A stretch of DNA of 61,785 nt, counting the filler. It is 6 parts of 6 records of this genome, joined end to end, with 100 filler letters (N's around TTAATTAATTAA, not from the genome) between each part and the next. Parts side by side here need not be neighbours in the genome. Positions count along the whole stretch, not along the records: positions 48,027 to 54,855 come from DRR723986_7417; positions 54,956 to 61,785 come from DRR723986_7418; 4 more parts are not named here. One strand, given 5' to 3'. Of the stretch, positions 52,874 to 61,785 are shown piece by piece (positions within the stretch are counted from its first letter, which is position 1; every line of letters starts with the position of its first letter). The notes under the pieces are model-generated. The model was given only the letters and a program-made list of their open reading frames with translations. It did not search any database and had not been told where the DNA came from. A program made the position numbers and the translations under genes.

Positions 52874-54506
52874 AGTCGACGTTCTCCTGACCAAATACCT
52901 GGATGGTGACCTGACCGCCGCTGAAGACCGCGACCTGCGGGACATGCTGTCAGTCAATCCGGATGCAAAACTCGCCTTCGACGAAAGCGTGGCAATTCAC
53001 CATGCTATTCGCAGCGATGCCGAGTCCCTTGAAGCCCCTGCCGAGCTGGTCGAACAAACCGAAGAAGCCATACTCATGCGCATCTTCGGCGAAGCTCCCG
53101 CGGCAACTGCTACCGCCAGTGCTCCAATCATCAGCGACATTCAACGCAAAGCCTTTAGCGCACTCCTGCTGCTACTGGCCTTTATGATGCCGTCTGCAAT
53201 TGGTGACAATCCCTTTGCACAGGGCCTAGAAAATTCCATTCTGCTTGCCTCGGCCGATGCCGCAGTGAGCGAGCGTGCGTCGGTCGAGGTGCAGAATGCT
53301 GCTCTGGTTCAGTCCTGGACGCAGGCCAACACCAATCGAATCGCCCGAAGCCTGGCTACGCTGGAGCAACCAATATCACAGACCCTGGCTTCAACCCCAC
53401 GGTATACGGAAACTCCTCTTTCAGCAAGCGCAGATAATACTGTGCCTGCTCAAACGGAGTCTGCTGTAGAGCTCACACCTCCAACAGACGGAGCCGATCA
53501 ACCGCCGTATTATCAAACCGCACACTGGGAAACAAACTCCATTGCCAACGCAAGTGAGTGGAGCCCTGCTAGTGCATCCGAGCCTCTGGCCGAAGATCTG
53601 GTCTACGGTGATGGCGCATTTGATGCAAACTCTCAGGATATCATCGCTGGTGACGCAGCCGGTGCCGGACCAGCCACTTCACCCAGCAGTCGCATGAAGG
53701 ACGTGCTCGCTGAAGGTTCTGGTGGTATCGTTGCGCTTACGCCGGGAATCTCACCCAGTATTGGCGGCGAGATTTTCCTCTCCGGAACCCTCGGTAGTGA
53801 TCTGCTTGCACAAAATTCCAGCGACGAAGCCACTGCGCTTTCGCTTTCGACTCTTGGCCTGGCTTATAGCGTCAGCCCCAATGGTCGCGTGGGCCTCGAA
53901 CTTGGAATGATCAACTTCTCCTACCCCTATCAAACGCTCGTCTGGAGTGAACCTGCAGTCGGCATCAACAATGATGTTAGGTCCGGCAGTAGTGTTCCAC
54001 GCTCTCAGCGTCCTATCAAAACGCAGCAGGGCTCAACCCGCTCGCCGATTATTAAACAAGACAGCGATGGTGGTACGGAAGAAGATCCTATGCATGGCCC
54101 TGGACAAGAGTCCGGCGGCAGTGAAGGTGGCGCGGAGACTGGCGAGGGCGGCACTGAATCCGGTGGTTCGGGCGGCTTCCTCAATCCCAATTTGGGTCAG
54201 GAACGCACGGCCTACTCGGTTAGCGAGATTCGCAACAAAACTACCGTTTGGGGTGGCATCTTTTACGAGCACGAAATTCCAATCCGCGAGCGCATCTCCT
54301 TCATCGGCCGCATTGGCGCTGGTGGATCAAACGAAGGTATGCTCGGTTATCTGCGCGCCTCCGGTGCATACGAAATGACCAACGATCTGTCGTTATTGAT
54401 TGGCTTCGACTCACGTGCCATGCTGCTCAGCGTATTCGAATACAAGAATGTTAACAAGCTGGACATGAGCTTCACATTCACAATGGGACTTAACGTTCGC
54501 CTCTAA
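52863..54506 (+). CDS. putative dual-membrane-spanning anti-sigma factor (anti-sigma domain, TM, disordered tether, C-terminal beta-barrel)
   Basis: Overlaps the sigma stop; LLTKYLDGDLT..E anti-sigma N-terminus; TM ALLLLLAFMM; long A/S/T/P/E-rich linker; amphipathic strands ending FTFTMGLNVRL. Confidence 0.75.
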   Translation: MKSEVDVLLTKYLDGDLTAAEDRDLRDMLSVNPDAKLAFDESVAIHHAIRSDAESLEAPAELVEQTEEAILMRIFGEAPAATATASAPIISDIQRKAFSALLLLLAFMMPSAIGDNPFAQGLENSILLASADAAVSERASVEVQNAALVQSWTQANTNRIARSLATLEQPISQTLASTPRYTETPLSASADNTVPAQTESAVELTPPTDGADQPPYYQTAHWETNSIANASEWSPASASEPLAEDLVYGDGAFDANSQDIIAGDAAGAGPATSPSSRMKDVLAEGSGGIVALTPGISPSIGGEIFLSGTLGSDLLAQNSSDEATALSLSTLGLAYSVSPNGRVGLELGMINFSYPYQTLVWSEPAVGINNDVRSGSSVPRSQRPIKTQQGSTRSPIIKQDSDGGTEEDPMHGPGQESGGSEGGAETGEGGTESGGSGGFLNPNLGQERTAYSVSEIRNKTTVWGGIFYEHEIPIRERISFIGRIGAGGSNEGMLGYLRASGAYEMTNDLSLLIGFDSRAMLLSVFEYKNVNKLDMSFTFTMGLNVRL

Positions 54507-54532
54507 GCTCAGCTTCACAAATGATTTACGCG

Positions 54533-54567
54533 CAGAAGCCGTTCCAAACGAACGGCTTTTGTGTTTT
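54533..54567 (+). terminator. intrinsic terminator after anti-sigma gene
   Basis: CAGAAGCCGTTC-CAAAC-GAACGGCTTTTG then TGTTTT. Confidence 0.75.
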
Positions 54568-54828
54568 AAACAGTTTTTTCACCGGCATATCTCTCAGCAA
54601 TACATAACCAGCGACGCACCACATTCGCGCATTTGCTGTCGCCTCTCCAATTCAAACGCAATTGCGCTTTGACGTTTACACATAACGCTTGACCACTTTG
54701 AGCCCTCGCATGAGCTTCGGTCTCAGGTTCTCTTGACCTTCTTGTTAGTTGTTGGGGCTTCATTGATCAGTCGTAGAATTGCTGAAATTTTGGGAATTAG
54801 ATGCTCAGCGTTACCAAGAATCCACAAC

Positions 54829-54855
54829 AGGATCCAGCCCTAAGGGCTGGATCCT
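54829..54855. repeat. perfect palindrome at contig end (REP-like)
   Basis: AGGATCCAGCCCT-A-AGGGCTGGATCCT, 13-bp arms; contig stops at its last base. Confidence 0.6.
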
Positions 54856-54955
54856 NNNNNNNNNNNNNNNNNNNNNNNNNNNNNNNNNNNNNNNNNNNNT
54901 TAATTAATTAANNNNNNNNNNNNNNNNNNNNNNNNNNNNNNNNNNNNNNNNNNNN
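54856..54955. other. artificial contig linker
   Basis: N44-TTAATTAATTAA-N44. Confidence 0.99.
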
Positions 54956-55147
54956 CACCAAATGCCCGTTCACACGGAAAAGCTGGTTCAGATCATGCCC
55001 GCCACCGCCACCGGCATGGTCACGCTCCAACGCCTCAATTTGCTGGCGGGCTTTGGCAACCTCGCCCCTGTCGAATGCCCTAATGCCCGCGACAAACCCG
55101 TTTTGATGGTAGTTTTGCCGCTGCTGTGGTGTCAGTCCGCCTTGCAT
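54956..55147 (-). CDS. phytanoyl-CoA dioxygenase (PhyH) family protein, N-terminal fragment
   Basis: RBS AAGGAAG; LTPQQRQNYHQNGFV N-terminus typical of the family; catalytic motifs cut off. Confidence 0.6.
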
Positions 55148-55418
55148 CACGCTTCCTTTCTGGCCCTGAGAAACCCTCGCCGATGTCACGATCTGACAAT
55201 GATGGTGGCGCGGATCAAATCCAGTTCCGCATACAAACGGCCCAAAACTTGCCCAAAAACGACGGATTTCCTTTGCGTCAGCTCTTTCTGAACCGGTTCG
55301 CCCTGTCAGCGAATTCGTGCCGACCTGCAGTTGACACGTATACGTTGAACTATATGGAGGCCTGCACAACGCAGACGCCGGCACTGCGATTCTCCAATCC
55401 TTCCAGGAAATTTAGCCC

Positions 55419-56831
55419 ATGACGACTTACAGAATTCCCGCACAGGTGATCCGCAGCAATATCTACACCGGCACCCTTGTTGGGGTCGCACCTACAGAGC
55501 TGGTGATCGTGGCACAGGACAACGAAACTGGATTCTCATATTCGGTCCCGACGGATCCATTTGGCAACCCGACCGATATCACATTCGACCGCAACGTTTA
55601 TACTGCGACCTATTTTGATGGCACGCGGCAAATCCGCGATGACGACTTTGCAATGGTTGTCGATATCAAATGGGGCGGCAATAACTTCTCCACTCTTTAT
55701 TTGACGCAGGTGATCCTTGGCGGTGAGGTTCATGAGGTGTCGGTGCTGCTTGGTGGGGCCGAGGTGCCACAATTCACCTCCGTTGCGGTTGCAGAAGCCT
55801 GGCTTGGCACTTTTACCGAAGCCGCCATACCGCGCAAAGGGCCGTTCACACCGGGCCAGCATATCCCATTTGATGCCCCAGCCGGTACTCAGGTAACCGA
55901 AGATGACTTTATCGTCGGCTCACCCGGACCTGACCCGATCAGCGCGGGCATTGGAAATGACACGATTGATCCGGGCGCAGGGCACGACACAATTGATGGC
56001 GGTGCGGGGGATGACACGGTCCTCTATACCGGAGATCAAAGCAGCTACACCCTGACCCTGTCGCCTGAGGCCACGACGATCACCAATCGCCTGTCCTCCG
56101 GCACGGATGTGGACAACTTGATTGATGTGGAGTTTCTGGATTTTGGAACAGAAATGGACGTCTTTGGCGGCCAACCCATGCATCTGGATATCTTTGACGG
56201 ACCGACCAGCCTGAATGCCGCTGAATTCTCCGAGATTGTTGAGCTTTACGTGGCCTATTTCAACCGCGCACCTGATGCATTGGGGTTGTTCTTCTGGGCT
56301 GGCAAATACGCCGAAGGGCTGAGCATTGCCGAAATGGCCGCGAGCTTTTTCACGCAGCAGGAGACGCAGGAAACATATGCGGATGTGATGGATGACGCAG
56401 GCAACCTCACCAATGTCAGCGCCTTTGTGACCGCCGTTTACCAAAACGTTCTGGGCCGTCAGGCGGATCAGGCCGGCTTTGATTTTTGGGTCAATGTTCT
56501 GGAAACCAGCCCCGACGTGACCCCGCCGAACTTTATCCTTGCGATCATTCAGGGGGCCAAGTTCCCTGCCGATCCTGTGCCGCAATCCTTTGTCGATCAG
56601 GCCTATCTCGAAGACAAAGCCGACATCGGCGCCTATTTCGCGGTGATCAAAGGCATGTCGGAGGTAGGAGATGCCAGCACGGCCATGCAATTGTTTGATG
56701 GCAGCGAAGACAGCCTTCTGGCGGCCAAAAACGCCATTGATGCCTTCCACGTCGCCGCAACAGGGCCTACTGACGGCGCGTTTTTGATGCCTTTGGTGGG
56801 CGTCATTGATGACCCGTTTGCGTTTGTCTGA
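55419..56831 (+). CDS. RTX-like Ca-binding protein with C-terminal DUF4214 domain
   Basis: AGIGNDTI, PGAGHDTI, GGAGDDTV repeats; LYVAYFNRAPD..GL.FW and YQNVLGR.AD.AG..FW; no signal peptide. Confidence 0.85.
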   Translation: MTTYRIPAQVIRSNIYTGTLVGVAPTELVIVAQDNETGFSYSVPTDPFGNPTDITFDRNVYTATYFDGTRQIRDDDFAMVVDIKWGGNNFSTLYLTQVILGGEVHEVSVLLGGAEVPQFTSVAVAEAWLGTFTEAAIPRKGPFTPGQHIPFDAPAGTQVTEDDFIVGSPGPDPISAGIGNDTIDPGAGHDTIDGGAGDDTVLYTGDQSSYTLTLSPEATTITNRLSSGTDVDNLIDVEFLDFGTEMDVFGGQPMHLDIFDGPTSLNAAEFSEIVELYVAYFNRAPDALGLFFWAGKYAEGLSIAEMAASFFTQQETQETYADVMDDAGNLTNVSAFVTAVYQNVLGRQADQAGFDFWVNVLETSPDVTPPNFILAIIQGAKFPADPVPQSFVDQAYLEDKADIGAYFAVIKGMSEVGDASTAMQLFDGSEDSLLAAKNAIDAFHVAATGPTDGAFLMPLVGVIDDPFAFV

Positions 56832-56839
56832 TCATGAAA

Positions 56840-56866
56840 CCCCTCCGCCGCCCAGCGCCGGAGGGG
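56840..56866. terminator. hairpin between convergent genes
   Basis: CCCCTCCG...CGGAGGGG stem. Confidence 0.5.
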
Positions 56867-56872
56867 CAATCC

Positions 56873-57949
56873 TTAAATCTCGATCGACACCTTGCCCATA
56901 GGGTGTGAACAACAGGCCAGGACATATCCCGCCTCGATGTCATCTTCCGAGATGCCGCCGTTGTGGACCATATGCACATCACCGCCGGTCTTTTTAACCT
57001 TGCAGGTGCCACAAACCCCGAAGGTACAGCCCGACGGAATATTCAGCCCCGCCGCCCGCGCCACGGCCAGAACCGTATCAGTTTCGGTGCATTTGTGGCG
57101 CACGTCAGACTGGGAAAAATAGACCTCGGCGGTGCTTTCTTCATCCGGGATCACGTCATCGAGGTCCGGCTGATCCGCCTCTTCTTCAACAGGCGCGCCA
57201 AAGCTTTCCTGATGATAGCGATCCATGTCAAAGCCCAGCCCCGCCAGCGCGTCGCGCACAGCTTGCATGAACGGCTCCGGCCCACAGCAATAGACCTCGC
57301 GTTCCAGATAATCGGGCGCCATCAGACCCAGCATCAGCTGGTTGAACATGCCCTGATATCCGGACCATGGCGCATAGGGATCAGGTGCCTCAACCACAAA
57401 TTTTACCTCAAGCCCCGGTGCGCGGCTGGCCATCTGTTCAAGGCGCTCGCGAAAAATGATCTCCGAAGGTACGCGGGCGCAGTTGATGAACACGGCATCC
57501 AGATCGGTGCCTTCGTCCCACAGACAGGTGGTCATCGACATCATCGGCGTGATGCCGGAGCCTGCCGAAATAAACAGATATTTGTCGGCCTTGCTCTCCG
57601 CATTGGTGAAAAGGCCCGCCGGACCAAACGCCTTGAGCCGCACGCCGGGCTTGAGGTTGTCAAGCATCCAGCGGGTGCCGATGCTGTCACTTTGCGCCTT
57701 GGCGGTGATCGTGATCGACCGGGGCCGCGAGGGCGAAGATGAAATCGTATAGGTCCGGTGAACAGTGCCGCCTGGCACCGGGATCTCAAGCGTCAGGAAC
57801 TGTCCCGGCTGATAGTCAAACAGCGCACCAGAAGGTGCACGAAAGGTAAAGCTGGCCACATTCGGCATTTCAGGAATGACCGAAACGCATTCCAGCATTT
57901 CGTCGTCCTTCCAAGTGCCGCGCAGGGGTTTGTTACTCATATCATTCAT
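56873..57949 (-). CDS. FNR-type reductase with C-terminal 2Fe-2S ferredoxin (GbcB/BmoB-like)
   Basis: RTYTISS, AGSGITP, CCGPEPFM, CTFGVCGTC...LACC. Confidence 0.9.
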   Translation of the reverse strand: MNDMSNKPLRGTWKDDEMLECVSVIPEMPNVASFTFRAPSGALFDYQPGQFLTLEIPVPGGTVHRTYTISSSPSRPRSITITAKAQSDSIGTRWMLDNLKPGVRLKAFGPAGLFTNAESKADKYLFISAGSGITPMMSMTTCLWDEGTDLDAVFINCARVPSEIIFRERLEQMASRAPGLEVKFVVEAPDPYAPWSGYQGMFNQLMLGLMAPDYLEREVYCCGPEPFMQAVRDALAGLGFDMDRYHQESFGAPVEEEADQPDLDDVIPDEESTAEVYFSQSDVRHKCTETDTVLAVARAAGLNIPSGCTFGVCGTCKVKKTGGDVHMVHNGGISEDDIEAGYVLACCSHPMGKVSIEI

Positions 57950-57954
57950 TGCCC

Positions 57955-59492
<1,538 letters not shown>

Positions 59493-59625
59493 GGTGCAAA
59501 TAATCCTGCCCGGCGCGTTCAGTCGTTTCAAATTGCGACCAATCCTGATCTTGAAAAGACACCCAAGCCGGTGTGGCAGGTTTTGACAAACCCCCACTTG
59601 AATAAAAGCGACGAGAGCGGAAAAC

Positions 59626-59671
59626 CTACCATATGTTGTGTTCAGCATGGCGTGGAATCCATATTTAGAGC
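59626..59671. promoter_or_regulatory. pair of NrdR-box-like sites
   Basis: CTACCATATGTTGTGT (59626-59641) and AATCCATATTTAGAGC (59656-59671) versus consensus acaCwAtATaTwGtgt; starts 30 bp apart. Confidence 0.5.
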
Positions 59672-59999
59672 ACCCCTAATACGAGAACGGCACTTTGACG
59701 ATCAACCAGCGACACGCCTGCCTGCTATCCCCTCTTGGTTGGTCGGTGAATGACAATGAACGCGCTTGGGATGAGGGATTCTCCAGTATATTGGCAATCG
59801 GGGCTCTTGCCGGCGCTGGCATGAAAGAGATGAACAAACGCATCTGCGTCAGGCAAGTTCGCCATCGACTTTGGTCTGGCATCATAAGACAATGCTATGG
59901 ATACCCACTTTCCTGACTGCCCGTTCCAATCAGGAAACAACATTATCCGGGCCAGGCGACATGCCCGGACCAAGACCCATTCTATGAAAGAGATTGCTC

Positions 60000-61430
60000 A
60001 TGTATTTGGGGCTGGACCTCGGCACTTCCGGTGTCAAAGCACTGTTGATTGATGACGCACAAAGCCCGATTGCCGAAGGCCATGCGCCTCTGACGGTCGA
60101 GCGCCCGCACCCCAATTGGTCAGAACAGGATCCCAACGCGTGGATCACCGCCTGCAAAGCCGCAATCGCCGCCGTTCGTACAGATGCGTCGCAGGCCTTT
60201 GCCGCCCTCAAAGGCATCGCTATCTCCGGCCAAATGCATGGCGCGACTTTGTTGGATGCATCTGACAAACCATTGCGCCCCGCGATCTTGTGGAATGACG
60301 GCAGATCCAGCGCAGAATGCGCGGCGCTGGAAGCACGCGCCGACTTTCGCGGGATTGGCGGCAATATCGTCATGGCTGGTTTCACCGCGCCAAAACTTGA
60401 ATGGGTGCGCCAGAACGAACCCGAGGTTTTCGCCAAGACCCGCAAGGTACTTTTACCCAAAGACTACGTCGGTTTGTGGCTGACGGGACGGCATATGTCG
60501 GAAATGTCCGACGCCGCTGGCACCCTTTGGCTTGACGTCGGCAAACGAGATTGGTCCGATACCCTGCTGGGCGCCACGGGCCTTGATCGCAGTCATATGC
60601 CGCAGCTTGTCGAAGGGTCTGAAAGCGTCGGAAACCTGCGGCCGGAGTTGGCGAAAGCGTGGGGCGTTGGCTCCGTCGTGGTGGCGGGCGGCGCGGGCGA
60701 TAATGCCGCGACGGCCTGCGGGCTTGGCATCACCAAACCGGGCGATGCGTTTGTGTCTCTGGGCACCTCGGGCGTCCTGTTCACCGCAACAGACCACTTC
60801 GCGACCAATATCCAATCCGCCGTCCACAGCTTTTGCCATGCGCTGCCGGACACATGGCATCAGATGGGTGTCATCCTGTCGGCCACCGATAGCCTGAACT
60901 GGCTGGCCGATATTGCGGGCCGGTCCGCGAAAGACCTGACAACCGCCATCGCTGATCTGCCCAGCGCCGCGTCACCCGTAACGTTCCTGCCCTATTTGTC
61001 AGGAGAACGCACCCCGCACAACGCCCCCGATGCATCAGCCAGCTTTCTTGGCCTCAAACGCCAGCACGGGCTGACCGAAATGACCCAAGCCGTGATGGAA
61101 GGCGTGGCCTTTGCCCTGAATGACTGCCGCATCGCGATTGATCAAAGCGGTGCCCCACTCACCAGCGCTTGGGTCGCGGGCGGCGGAAGCCAATCCAAGG
61201 CATGGCTCAACATGATCGCCGCCGCCACAGGCCTGACCTTGAAAGTCCCCAAAAGCGGAACACAAGGCGCAGCTTTGGGCGCGGCCCGATTGGCCATGGC
61301 CGCAACAGGGCGGGCAGAGGTGTTCGCCGCCCCGGATTTACAAGAAAGCATTGCGCCAGATCCGGCTTTGCTTGAGGCATATGCCGAGCGGCAAAAACTG
61401 TTCCGCGCGATTTACCCCGCCCTGCCCTAA
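60000..61430 (+). CDS. xylB: xylulokinase
   Basis: LGLDLGTSGVK, SGQMHG, ILWNDGR, GFTAPK, SLGTSG, PYLSGERTP. Confidence 0.93.
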   Translation: MYLGLDLGTSGVKALLIDDAQSPIAEGHAPLTVERPHPNWSEQDPNAWITACKAAIAAVRTDASQAFAALKGIAISGQMHGATLLDASDKPLRPAILWNDGRSSAECAALEARADFRGIGGNIVMAGFTAPKLEWVRQNEPEVFAKTRKVLLPKDYVGLWLTGRHMSEMSDAAGTLWLDVGKRDWSDTLLGATGLDRSHMPQLVEGSESVGNLRPELAKAWGVGSVVVAGGAGDNAATACGLGITKPGDAFVSLGTSGVLFTATDHFATNIQSAVHSFCHALPDTWHQMGVILSATDSLNWLADIAGRSAKDLTTAIADLPSAASPVTFLPYLSGERTPHNAPDASASFLGLKRQHGLTEMTQAVMEGVAFALNDCRIAIDQSGAPLTSAWVAGGGSQSKAWLNMIAAATGLTLKVPKSGTQGAALGAARLAMAATGRAEVFAAPDLQESIAPDPALLEAYAERQKLFRAIYPALP

Positions 61431-61667
61431 CTGTGATTGGTCAGCGCGAGAGCGTCTAACGAAACGACCTACCCAGGTTTGGCTAGCCCCTGAGCGGTCC
61501 GCTCACACTGACACAGCGGGACACAGTTCCTTGCAAGCTTGACCTCAGCCGCATCAGGGCAATCACAGAGCCGATCATGTTTATTCCTGCCTTCGCAACG
61601 GCCCCCACGAAAGTGTTTTGCAGCGCTTCCTTCAAGGCTTGCAGGTCCAGGATCGTCACAGCCAGGC

Positions 61668-61785
61668 TTATTTCTGCATGATCCTTTTGCGACGTTCCTG
61701 CATCTTTTCATTTGCCGCGACCGTGCCGTCATGGAACGAGCCGAACCATTTGTCCCAAGGGATTTCCAGACTGCCGTAGTTACAT
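61668..61785 (-). CDS. sterol desaturase / fatty acid hydroxylase family protein, C-terminal fragment
   Basis: Manual translation CNYGSLEIPWDKWFGSFHDGT...RIMQK* matches the NYG...WDxxFG tail of the family; not in the ORF track. Confidence 0.75.
   Translation of the reverse strand, partial: CNYGSLEIPWDKWFGSFHDGTVAANEKMQERRKRIMQK

Noticed and set aside
54566-54763. 65-aa minus-strand ORF, and similar short ORFs at 49690-49902, 59695-59916 and 61469-61732
   Set aside because: No RBS, motif or composition support; the last overlaps the real desaturase 3' end in another frame.

Overview
This window is six unrelated contigs joined by artificial 100-nt linkers (44 N + TTAATTAATTAA + 44 N) at 5440, 28857, 37413, 47927 and 54856. 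Taxonomy below is inferred from gene content and synteny only. (1) 1-5439, Rhodobacteraceae-like: his cluster (hisB-hisH, hisA-hisF-hisE), ending inside a tRNA. (2) 5540-28856, Labrenzia/Roseibium-like: REPIN-like repeat, fatty-acid cis/trans isomerase, two PuuB-like oxidases, a GNAT/ClbS-DfsB/MarR patch, cbpA-type dnaJ, pdxH, corA, and phoR-pstS-pstS-pstCAB with Pho boxes. (3) 28957-37412, Rhodobacteraceae-like housekeeping block: ABC exporter, cca, nudL, hslO, REC-PP2C/Hpt, ilvA, argG. (4) 37513-47926, Hyphomonas-like: ETF-QO, UDG, TIGR04283/TIGR04282-like glycosyltransferases, a LexA-boxed radical SAM gene, aldehyde dehydrogenase with a GAF-Fis regulator, and ccrM. (5) 48027-54855, FCB-group-like: gap, an AT-rich two-gene insert, pgk, rhomboid, and an ECF sigma factor with an apparent dual-membrane-spanning anti-sigma factor. 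(6) 54956-61785, Rhodobacteraceae-like: DUF4214/RTX protein, cobalamin-riboswitch-controlled GbcAB-like Rieske demethylase, orphan NrdR-like boxes, xylB. Best leads: the rhomboid/ECF/beta-barrel anti-sigma module, the B12-repressed Rieske demethylase, the coupled small-protein/2-TM cassette between gap and pgk, and the glycosyltransferase pair flanked by DNA-repair genes. All family calls come from motif recognition by eye; no database search was run.
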